Shown here: positions 1-6,607 of the stretch, piece after piece | How positions within the stretch are numbered: the first letter of the stretch is position 1 | Layout: the number at the start of each line of letters is the position of its first letter | From: a virus | Taxonomy: Duplodnaviria; Heunggongvirae; Uroviricota; Caudoviricetes | Strand: one strand, 5' to 3' | IMG/VR virus record: IMGVR_UViG_2531839662_000008 | Coordinates: 1-6,607 of that record | DNA length: 6,607 bases | The notes under the pieces: generated by a model | Database searches by the model: none | What the model saw: the letters and a program-made list of their open reading frames with translations, nothing else | Told to the model about the DNA's origin: nothing | Translations under genes and position numbers: made by a program

Positions 1-1
1 A

Positions 2-646
2 GGGCAAATAAATGAGTTGGTGACTCCGTTGCCGTATGTTTCCAGCGTAAGGAATCTAACAACATCTAATTCTGGTGCTGATACAGAGTCAGATGATAAT
101 TATGCTGAAAGAATAAAACTGTCGCCGGAAAAACTGTCTACAGCAGGGCCGGAGGATTCTTATAAATATTGGACAAGAACAGCCAATCAGAATATAAAAG
201 ATGTGAATGTATATACACCATCGCCCGGAACTGTAGAAATCCGTTCTTTGTTAGAGAACGGAGATATACCTTCTGATGAACTATTGGAGCAGATAAATAG
301 CGTTCTCTCTGCAACTAATATTCGACCATTCACAGATAAAGTTCTTGTTAAGAAACCAGAGAGCATTGAATACGATATAATAATTAAATACTGGATTAAC
401 TCATCGGACAAAAACAGAACAACATTAATTCAAAGTGAGGTTGAGAAAGCTATTGATGAGTATAAACAATGGCAACGTTCGGTTATGGGAAGAGATATAA
501 ATCCAGATGAAATTATTCAACGTTTAAAAAATGCCGGGGCTAAAAGATTAGAAATATCAAGTCCTGTATTTACTGTGGTTGGAGAGACGCAGGTCGCCAG
601 AGAGAGAAATGTAAATTGCCAGTATGCGGGGTTAGAGGATGGCTGA
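2..646 (+). CDS. Baseplate assembly protein J-like (P2 gpJ / Mu gp47 family), C-terminal part; 5' end lies outside the window
   Basis: Reading frame is open from the window start (no stop upstream of the listed start at 17). Translation contains the acidic 'ESDDNYAERI' motif typical of baseplate-J proteins. Stop overlaps the start of the next gene (639 ATG), and the next gene is gpI-like, giving the conserved J-I-fibre order. AT-rich codon usage. Confidence 0.7.
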   Translation, partial: GQINELVTPLPYVSSVRNLTTSNSGADTESDDNYAERIKLSPEKLSTAGPEDSYKYWTRTANQNIKDVNVYTPSPGTVEIRSLLENGDIPSDELLEQINSVLSATNIRPFTDKVLVKKPESIEYDIIIKYWINSSDKNRTTLIQSEVEKAIDEYKQWQRSVMGRDINPDEIIQRLKNAGAKRLEISSPVFTVVGETQVARERNVNCQYAGLEDG

Positions 647-1220
647 TATCTTTAATGTTAGCTTGTTGGATGTTTTACCTCCTAACTTAGCTAGAGATCC
701 CAACGTGATAGCTATGTCGAAAGCTATCGATGATGAACTACAAGCAATTAACAATTTAATATATAAGACAGAAATATATAGCGTTGTTGATAACCTGGAT
801 TCAGTTGTTCTCGATCATTTAGCTTGGCAATGGAATGCTGATACATGGAGGGATAGTTGGCCTGTATCGTTAAAGCGTTCTGTTTTTAAATCAATAATAC
901 GAACAAAGCGAATAAAGGGTACAAGGGCAGCGGTTGAAGATGTAGTAAATAGCTTGGGTGGAGAGGTAAACATAACAGAATGGTTTGAAACATCACCACC
1001 TGGCGAACCATATACAGCCTCAATTGTTGCTTCGATTAACTCTTTTGATGGTGCCGTTCCTTCGAAAGAGATGTTGGAAGATACGTTAAGAAGTATCAAG
1101 AGCGCAAAGTCGGCAAGAACATTATTTACATTTTCGCAAGCAGCCAATGTTTCTGGTGGTGTCGGTATTGTTGGTGCTTGTCAGCCTGTGTCTTATGTAC
1201 GATTAATTGGCGAGTGCTAA
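639..1220 (+). CDS. Phage tail protein I-like (P2 gpI family)
   Basis: 193-aa ORF whose start is translationally coupled to the J-like gene. The segment 'LDHLAWQWNADTWRDSWPVSLKRSV...GTRAAVEDVVNSLGGEVNITEWFETSPPGEPYT' matches my recollection of the gpI pattern (W..W, KR.V, G...A, NVTEW). Positioned between the J-like gene and the fibre gene. Confidence 0.7.
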   Translation: MADIFNVSLLDVLPPNLARDPNVIAMSKAIDDELQAINNLIYKTEIYSVVDNLDSVVLDHLAWQWNADTWRDSWPVSLKRSVFKSIIRTKRIKGTRAAVEDVVNSLGGEVNITEWFETSPPGEPYTASIVASINSFDGAVPSKEMLEDTLRSIKSAKSARTLFTFSQAANVSGGVGIVGACQPVSYVRLIGEC

Positions 1221-1250
1221 TTCGCAATTTGTTAATTCAAGGAATTAAGC

Positions 1251-2147
1251 GTGAGTAAATTATTATTTACGATGACTGACGCCGGGCGTCAGGAGCTGGT
1301 TAATGCCAACAAAACAGGAACAAATAAAGTTGAGATTGTTTCTGTTGGTTTAGGTAGTAGATATTATGTCACGTCAACTTCACAAACAAATATAACAAAC
1401 GAAATAAAACGACTTACCACAATAGGTGGCAAAGTTGTTTCCCCTGATACAATTCATGTAACAGCGAAGGATGATAGTAAAGATGAGTATGTTGTCCATA
1501 CAATAGGATTGTATACGAATAAGGGTACGTTGTTTGCTGTATACTCACAAGAACAAGCAATAATAAATAAAGCATCATCTACTATCGCTTTAATATCAAG
1601 TGATATAGCAATTAAAACTCTTGATACTAAAAATATTACATTTGGTGATATTGAGTTTATTAATCCTCCCGCGACCGAAACTGTTGTTGGGGTTGCAAGA
1701 TTTGCCAATGAACAAGAAATTGATGACGGTACAGATGATTCCCTTGCTGTTTCAGCAAAGCGGCTTAAGCAAGCCATTGTGAAACATGAACAATCACGTA
1801 ATCATCCTGATGCAACTTTAACCTCAAAAGGCTTTGTTCAACTTAGCAGCGCCACCAATAGCACGTCTGAAACGCTTGCTGCGACGCCTAAGGCTGTTAA
1901 GGCAGCATATGACCTGGCTAATGGCAAATACACCGCACAGGACGCTACCACAGCGCGAAAAGGGATTGTTCAGCTCAGTAGTGCCACCAACAGCACGTCT
2001 GAAACGCTAGCAGCAACACCAAAGGCTGTTAAGGCAGCGTATGATCTTGCGGCCGGAAAGGCTCCGTCCAATCACACGCATTCGTGGGAGCAGATAACAA
2101 ATGTGCCTGTAGCTTCACTGACTGTAAGGGGAATAACTGGGGTCTGA
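1251..2147 (+). pseudogene. Tail fibre protein, N-terminal part only; 3' end replaced by a Tn3-family inverted repeat at 2139 (the stop at 2145-2147 lies inside the repeat)
   Basis: GTG start at 1251 with AAGGA 6 nt upstream. N-terminal tail-collar/fibre attachment-type domain, then 'HEQSRNHPDATLTSKGFVQLSSATNSTSETLAATPKAVKAAYDLANGKYTAQDATTARKG' fibre repeats (two copies), then 'APSNHTHSWEQITNVP'. The last codons (LTVRGITGV*) are encoded by the junction and the Tn3 repeat GGGGTCTGA, so the native C-terminus is missing. Confidence 0.75.
1827..2050 (+). repeat. Tandem 132-bp (44-codon) phage tail-fibre repeats, about 1.7 copies
   Basis: 'aaaggctttgttcaacttagcagcgccaccaatagcacgtctgaaacg...' at 1827 recurs as 'aaagggattgttcagctcagtagtgccaccaacagcacgtctgaaacg...' at 1959. 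Encoded peptide repeat is KG[FI]VQLSSATNSTSETLAATPKAVKAAYDLA. Confidence 0.85.
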
Positions 2148-2176
2148 CGCTCAGTGGAACGAAAACTCACGTTAAG
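2139..2176 (+). repeat. Tn3-family (Tn1/Tn2/Tn3-type) 38-bp terminal inverted repeat, outer end at 2139
   Basis: Sequence GGGGTCTGACGCTCAGTGGAACGAAAACTCACGTTAAG matches the Tn3 terminal repeat as I recall it. It is not followed by the bla-proximal interior (GGATTTTGGTCATGAG), so this is probably the tnpA-proximal end. Confidence 0.8.
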
Positions 2177-2223
2177 CAACGTTTTCTGCCTCTGACGCCT
2201 CTTTTAATGGTCTCAGATGTCCT
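2139..2223 (-). mobile_element. Remnant of a Tn3-family transposon (terminal repeat plus about 47 bp of interior, probably the 3' end of tnpA), truncated by IS26
   Basis: Terminal repeat at 2139..2176 followed by 47 bp that run straight into the IS26 left repeat at 2224. A minus-strand reading frame terminates at 2167..2169 inside the repeat, as expected for the tnpA end of Tn3-family elements; that frame continues as antisense into IS26, so only the 2177..2223 part could be tnpA-derived. Confidence 0.65.
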
Positions 2224-3043
2224 GGCACTGTTGCAAATAGTCGGTGGTGATAAACTTATCATCCCCTTTTGCTGATGGAGCTGCACATGAACCCATTCAA
2301 AGGCCGGCATTTTCAGCGTGACATCATTCTGTGGGCCGTACGCTGGTACTGCAAATACGGCATCAGTTACCGTGAGCTGCAGGAGATGCTGGCTGAACGC
2401 GGAGTGAATGTCGATCACTCCACGATTTACCGCTGGGCTCAGCGTTATGCGCCTGAAATGGAAAAACGGCTGCGCTGGTACTGGCGTAACCCTTCCGATC
2501 TTTGCCCGTGGCACATGGATGAAACCTACGTGAAGGTCAATGGCCGCTGGGCGTATCTGTACCGGGCCGTCGACAGCCGGGGCCGCACTGTCGATTTTTA
2601 TCTCTCCTCCCGTCGTAACAGCAAAGCTGCATACCGGTTTCTGGGTAAAATCCTCAACAACGTGAAGAAGTGGCAGATCCCGCGATTCATCAACACGGAT
2701 AAAGCGCCCGCCTATGGTCGCGCGCTTGCTCTGCTCAAACGCGAAGGCCGGTGCCCGTCTGACGTTGAACACCGACAGATTAAGTACCGGAACAACGTGA
2801 TTGAATGCGATCATGGCAAACTGAAACGGATAATCGGCGCCACGCTGGGATTTAAATCCATGAAGACGGCTTACGCCACCATCAAAGGTATTGAGGTGAT
2901 GCGTGCACTACGCAAAGGCCAGGCCTCAGCATTTTATTATGGTGATCCCCTGGGCGAAATGCGCCTGGTAAGCAGAGTTTTTGAAATGTAAGGCCTTTGA
3001 ATAAGACAAAAGGCTGCCTCATCGCTAACTTTGCAACAGTGCC
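2224..3043 (+). mobile_element. IS26 (IS6 family), complete 820-bp copy
   Basis: 14-bp terminal inverted repeats GGCACTGTTGCAAA at 2224..2237 and TTTGCAACAGTGCC at 3030..3043. Internal ORF is the canonical Tnp26 sequence (MNPFKGRHFQRDIILWAVRWYCKYGISYRELQEMLAERGVNVDHSTIYRW...). The flanking 8-mers differ (GATGTCCT vs TTATTGCG), so there is no target-site duplication. Confidence 0.95.
2287..2991 (+). CDS. tnp26: IS26 transposase Tnp26 (234 aa)
   Basis: Translation from ATG 2287 begins MNPFKGRHFQRDIILWAVRW and ends ...GEMRLVSRVFEM, the IS26 transposase with its DDE motif. The listed ORF start at 2269 (MLMELH...) is an upstream in-frame extension; the canonical start is 2287. Confidence 0.93.
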   Translation: MNPFKGRHFQRDIILWAVRWYCKYGISYRELQEMLAERGVNVDHSTIYRWAQRYAPEMEKRLRWYWRNPSDLCPWHMDETYVKVNGRWAYLYRAVDSRGRTVDFYLSSRRNSKAAYRFLGKILNNVKKWQIPRFINTDKAPAYGRALALLKREGRCPSDVEHRQIKYRNNVIECDHGKLKRIIGATLGFKSMKTAYATIKGIEVMRALRKGQASAFYYGDPLGEMRLVSRVFEM

Positions 3044-5108
3044 TTATTGCGGAGCTGGTTATTCCTCCTGAAACGGGCGGATTCTGGATCCGGGAAATTG
3101 GTGTATTTGATGAGCACGGCGATTTAATCGCGGTGGGCAATACTGCCGAAAGTTACAAGCCAGCCGTTGCTGAAGGGTCCGGTCGTGCACAAACATTTCG
3201 CACCATTCTGACCGTATCCAGCACGGCCACCGTGGCGCTTACCGTGGATAACACCATGGTGATGGCCACAGTGGATTACGTGGATGACAAACTGAAAGAG
3301 CATGAACAGTCACGACGTCACCCGGACGCCTCGCTGACCGCAAAAGGCTTTGTTCAACTCAGTAGCGCCACTAACAGCGTGTCTGAAACGCAGGCTGCAA
3401 CGCCGAAAGCGGTTAAGGCCGCATATGACCTGGCTAACGGAAAATATACCGCTCAGGACGCCACGACGGCACGAAAAGGCCTTGTCCAGCTCAGTAGCGC
3501 CACCAACAGCACGTCTGAAACGCAGGCTGCAACGCCGAAAGCAGTAAAGGCCGCGTATGACCTTGCTAACGCAAAATATACCGCTCAGGACGCCACGACG
3601 GCACAAAAAGGGATAGTCCAGCTCAGTAGTGCCACCAACAGCACGTCTGAAACACTGGCCGCGACATCGAAAGCGGTTAAGGCGGTAATGGATGAAACGA
3701 ACAAGAAAGCGCCCTTAAACAGTCCTGCGTTGACCGGAACGCCAACAACGCCAACTGCGCGACAGGGAACGAATAATACCCAAATCGCAAGCACGGCTTT
3801 CGTTATGGCTGCGATTGCCGCCCTTGTAGATTCGTCACCTGACGCACTGAATACGCTGAACGAGTTAGCGGCGGCGCTGGGAAACGACCCGAATTTTGCG
3901 ACCACCATGACTAACGCGCTTGCGGGTAAGCAACCGAAAGATGCCACCCTGACGGTGCTGGCCGGGCTTGCTACTGCGGCAGACAAGTTTCCGTATTTTA
4001 CGGGGAATGATGTCGCCAGCCTGGCAACCCTGACAAAAGTCGGGCGGGATATTCTTGCGAAATCGACCGTTGCTGCCGTTATCGAATACCTCGGTTTACA
4101 GGAAACGGTAAACAGGGCTGGTAACGCCGTGCAAAAAAATGGCGATACCTTGTCCGGTGGGCTTACTTTTGAAAACGACTCAATCCTTGCCTGGATTCGA
4201 AATACTGACTGGGCAAAGATTGGTTTTAAAAATGATGCCGATAGCGATACTGATTCATACATGTGGTTTGAAACAGGCGACAACGGCAATGAATATTTCA
4301 AATGGAGAAGCAAACAAAGCACCACAACAAAAGACCTGATGAATCTTAAATGGGATGCTTTGTCTGTTCTTGTTAAAGCCCTTTTCAGCAGTGAAGTAAA
4401 AATATCGACAGTCAATGCACTGAGGATATTTAATTCATCTTTTGGTGCCATTTTTCGCCGTTCTGAAGAATGCCTGCATATCATCCCTACACGAGAGAAT
4501 GAGGGGGAAAATGGCGATATAGGGCCGCTACGCCCCTTTACGCTTAATCTCAGAACTGGTCGCATAAATATGGGGCATGGTCTGGATGTTACAGGAGATA
4601 TAACAACTAACGCATGGGTGTACGCAAACCGCTTGCAATTAACAGCAGCACAGGCATGTGGATTCATATGCGTGACCAGAATGTTATTTTTGGACGTAAT
4701 GCGGTATCCACTGATGGTGCTCAGGCTTTGCTCCGTCAGGACCATGCCGACCGCAAATTTATGATTGGCGGTCTGGGAAATAAGCAATTTGGCATCTACA
4801 TGATTAATAACTCAAGGACAGCCAATGGCACCGATGGTCAGGCGTACATGGACAATAACGGTAACTGGCTTTGCGGTGCGCAAATTATTCCCGGAAATTA
4901 TGGCAATTTTGACTCACGCTATGTGAGAGATGTCCGACTTGGCACACGTGTTGTTCAATTGATGGCGCGTGGAGGGCGTTATGAAATAGCCGGACACGCA
5001 CTTACCGGATTAAGGATTATTGGTGAAGTTGATGGCGATGATGAAGCTATCTTCAGGCCGATACAAAAATACATCAATGGCATATGGTATAACGTCGCAC
5101 AGGTGTAA
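3044..5108 (+). pseudogene. Tail fibre protein (P2 gpH / P1-Mu S type), 5'-truncated by IS26 and apparently frameshifted (-1) near 4630
   Basis: Coding sequence starts mid-gene directly at the IS26 right end ('..IAELVIPPETGGFWIREIGVFDEHGDLIAVGNTAESYKPAVAEGSGR..' is an internal stretch of gpH-type N-terminal domains). Then three fibre repeats, then 'TAFVMAAIAALVDSSPDALNTLNELAAALGNDPNFATTMTNALAGKQPKDATLTVLAGLATAADKFPYFTGN'. Frame 1 is protein-like up to about 4632 (..NAWVYANR), after which only frame 3 is protein-like (LAINSSTGMWIHMRDQNVIFGRNAV...IPGNYGNFDSRYVRDVRLGTRVVQ...RPIQKYINGIWYNVAQV*), implying a 1-nt deletion. The listed ORF's TTG start at 3031 lies inside IS26 and is not a real start. 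Confidence 0.75.
3343..3690 (+). repeat. Tandem 132-bp tail-fibre repeats, about 2.6 copies, homologous to those at 1827..2050
   Basis: Units begin at 3343, 3475 and 3607 ('aaaggctttgttcaactcagtagcgcc', 'aaaggccttgtccagctcagtagcgcc', 'aaagggatagtccagctcagtagtgcc'). A 35-nt stretch 3619..3653 is identical to 1971..2005. Confidence 0.85.
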
Positions 5109-5111
5109 ATT

Positions 5112-5638
5112 ATGCAGCATTTAAAAAATATTAAGTCTGGAAATCCAAAAACAAAAGAACAATATCAGCTAACAAAGAATTTTGATGTTATCTGGTTATG
5201 GTCCGAAGACGGAAAAAACTGGTATGAGGAAGTGAAAAACTTTCAGCCAGACACAATAAAGATGTTTACGATGCAAATAATATTATTGTCGCCATCACCA
5301 AAGATGCCTCCACGCTTAACCCTGAAGGTTATAGCGTCGTTGAGGTTCCTGATATTACAGCTAATCGTCGTGCTGATGATTCCGGTAAGTGGATGTTTAA
5401 GGACGGAGCTGTGGTTAAACGGATTTATACGGCAGACGAGCAACAACAACAGGCCGAATCACAAAAGGCCGCGTTACTTTCCGAAGCAGAAAACGTTATT
5501 CAGCCACTGGAACGCGCTGTCAGGCTGAATATGGCGACGGATGAGGAACGCGCACGACTGGAGTCATGGGAACGCTATAGTGTTCTGGTCAGCCGTGTGG
5601 ATACGGCAAATCCTGAATGGCCACAAAAGCCTGAATAA
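5112..5638 (+). pseudogene. Tail-fibre assembly chaperone (lambda Tfa / P2 gpG / Mu U family) with an apparent 1-nt deletion at about 5264
   Basis: N-terminus [51 protein letters not shown] closely parallels the intact minus-strand paralogue ([54 protein letters not shown]...). After codon 51 the frame becomes junk; shifting by -1 at 5264 gives [65 protein letters not shown]...PEWPQKPE*, which runs to the stop at 5638. ATG at 5112 lies 3 nt after the fibre stop. Confidence 0.75.
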
Positions 5639-5643
5639 AAATT

Positions 5644-5663
5644 AAGGCCCGATAGCGGGCCTT
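5644..5663. terminator. Bidirectional intrinsic-terminator-like hairpin between the convergent chaperone genes
   Basis: Perfect 8-bp stem AAGGCCCG / CGGGCCTT with a 4-nt loop ATAG. It sits in the 28-bp gap between the stop at 5638 (plus) and the stop at 5667..5669 (minus), with an A-rich tract on one side (TAAAAATT) and a T-rich tract on the other (TTGTTTCATT). Confidence 0.6.
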
Positions 5664-5666
5664 GTT

Positions 5667-6200
5667 TCATTCTGGTTGTTCTGGAAACGTTACTGGCAGG
5701 CTGGAGGTGTCTGTGGATTCGACCTTCTGCGCATAGAGCATCCACTCGGTTAATTTTTGTTTATTCTCGTCGGGAATGATACCCAGCCGTAGCTGTGAGT
5801 CCCATAGCTGGGTTTTATCCCTGACAAGTTGCAACAGGCTTTGCTTTTCATTCTCTGCCTGCTGCCTCTGTTCCTCCTCGGTATAAGTTCGCTTTATCAC
5901 TACGCCATCTTTGAACATCCATTTACCCGAAATATCAGCCCGGCGATTTGCTGTAATATCAGGTAATTCAACGACGCTTGCGCCTTCCGGATTAATTGCT
6001 GAAACATCCTTTTCAATACAAATAATAACGCCGTTATGGTCATAGACCATTTTCAAAGTGTCTGGCTGGAAATTCTTTTGTTCCTCATACCAGTTTTTTC
6101 CATCATCTGAATAAAGCCATTTGATGTTAAATTGCTTTGTTAGCTGGTATTGCTCTTTTGTTTTAGGGTTGCCAGCAGTAATGTTTTTTAAGTGCATCAT
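5667..6200 (-). CDS. Tail-fibre assembly chaperone, alternative copy (Tfa' / U'-like), intact
   Basis: 177-aa ORF. N-terminal 50 aa are highly similar to the plus-strand chaperone, and the C-terminal half is divergent. Start ATG lies 2 nt after the stop of the upstream minus-strand fibre-tip ORF (translational coupling). Confidence 0.8.
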   Translation of the reverse strand: MMHLKNITAGNPKTKEQYQLTKQFNIKWLYSDDGKNWYEEQKNFQPDTLKMVYDHNGVIICIEKDVSAINPEGASVVELPDITANRRADISGKWMFKDGVVIKRTYTEEEQRQQAENEKQSLLQLVRDKTQLWDSQLRLGIIPDENKQKLTEWMLYAQKVESTDTSSLPVTFPEQPE

Positions 6201-6202
6201 CG

Positions 6203-6607
6203 TTAAATACTCCCCGCGTTATACCACGTCCCATTAATGCAATACTGAATTGGCCTTGCCTGAGTTGTATCAATTAATTCATCACGGTTTCCGTTAACTG
6301 AACCCGTAACGACATAACCTGACCTGTCAGACCAGCCGGGGCCATTCCATGTCTGAACAGATGACAGACCGCCAAGGCGAATACCTGTAATAAACCTTGA
6401 GTTACATTCTGCCTGCGTGTATGCACCAACATCTCCCGCAGAGGGTTTGCGGGTCGTGGTGTAAAACTCTGACCAGTTAGCCTCAAATCCATAACCATCA
6501 CGCGCTGAACGATAAAAAATACCGCCGTTCCTGTAATTCACGCGGAACTGTACAGCAGGGCAGCTCCCCGTATTCATATTGAAGTGGAGGATTAATGTCG
6601 ATGCGCC
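6203..6607 (-). CDS. Alternative tail-fibre C-terminal (receptor-binding tip) segment, partial; continues past the right edge of the window
   Basis: Minus-strand frame is open to the window edge (…GASTLILHFNMNTGSC…), so the listed Met at 6577 is internal. The C-terminal end '...RPIQYCINGTWYNAGSI*' parallels the plus-strand fibre end 'RPIQKYINGIWYNVAQV*'; the rest is divergent. Immediately followed by its own chaperone. Confidence 0.7.
   Translation of the reverse strand, partial: GASTLILHFNMNTGSCPAVQFRVNYRNGGIFYRSARDGYGFEANWSEFYTTTRKPSAGDVGAYTQAECNSRFITGIRLGGLSSVQTWNGPGWSDRSGYVVTGSVNGNRDELIDTTQARPIQYCINGTWYNAGSI

Noticed and set aside
187-1777. Antisense ORFs 187..411, 815..1147 and 1454..1777 on the minus strand
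   Set aside because: Each lies wholly inside a plus-strand phage structural gene with better coding character; no start context or homology.
2084-2275. 63-aa plus-strand ORF spanning fibre end, Tn3 repeat and IS26 left end
   Set aside because: Crosses two mobile-element boundaries in an alternative frame; no plausible function.
2167-2814. 215-aa minus-strand ORF overlapping the IS26 transposase gene
   Set aside because: Antisense to tnp26 inside IS26. Only its last ~19 codons (2167..2223) could be genuine, as the tail of the Tn3-family tnpA; the rest is an artefact of reading through the junction.
3030-3060. Possible outward hybrid promoter from the IS26 right end (TTGCAA -35) driving the truncated fibre gene
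   Set aside because: No acceptable -10 hexamer (TAnnnT) at 16-18 bp spacing downstream of the TTGCAA (sequence there is GCTGGT / AGCTGG), and there is no start codon for the truncated gene.
3310-3606. Short ORFs (98 aa minus strand; 65 aa plus strand at 3350..3547) within the fibre-repeat region
   Set aside because: Alternative-frame artefacts of the tandem repeats; they are themselves internally repetitive and Arg/Cys-rich.
1827-3690. Fibre repeats as a diversity-generating retroelement template/variable repeat pair or as a CRISPR-like array
   Set aside because: The repeats are in-frame coding tandem repeats of a known fibre motif; there is no reverse transcriptase, no adenine-specific variability pattern and no spacer-repeat organisation.
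3585-4787. 400-aa ORF on the minus strand, antisense to the tail-fibre gene
   Set aside because: Lies entirely antisense to a well-supported fibre coding region rich in Ala/Thr/Gly codons, which commonly leaves the opposite strand stop-free. Its translation is low-complexity and Cys/Ser/Arg-rich with no recognisable domain.
5393-5638. 81-aa ORF called as a separate gene
   Set aside because: It is the out-of-frame continuation of the chaperone gene beginning at 5112 (internal Met of ..[11 protein letters not shown]..), not an independent gene.

Overview
This window is a P2/Mu-type phage tail-fibre module (baseplate J-like, tail protein I-like, tail fibre, tail-fibre assembly chaperone) that has been broken by mobile DNA. 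An AT-rich J-I-fibre block (2..2138) ends abruptly at a Tn3-family 38-bp terminal inverted repeat with about 47 bp of transposon interior (2139..2223). This is followed directly by a complete 820-bp IS26 (2224..3043) with no target-site duplication. IS26 in turn abuts a second, higher-GC tail-fibre gene that lacks its 5' end (3044..5108) and its cognate assembly chaperone (5112..5638); both appear to carry single-base frameshifts. Downstream, on the opposite strand, sit an intact alternative chaperone (5667..6200) and an alternative fibre C-terminal tip (6203..>6607), the layout of a Gin/Cin/Pin-type invertible host-range segment. I see no evidence for a wholly new system; the notable points are the IS26/Tn3 scar joining two different fibre genes, and the alternative fibre-tip cassette whose invertase would lie beyond the right edge. 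All family assignments are from reading the ORF translations and recalled motifs, not from database searches.
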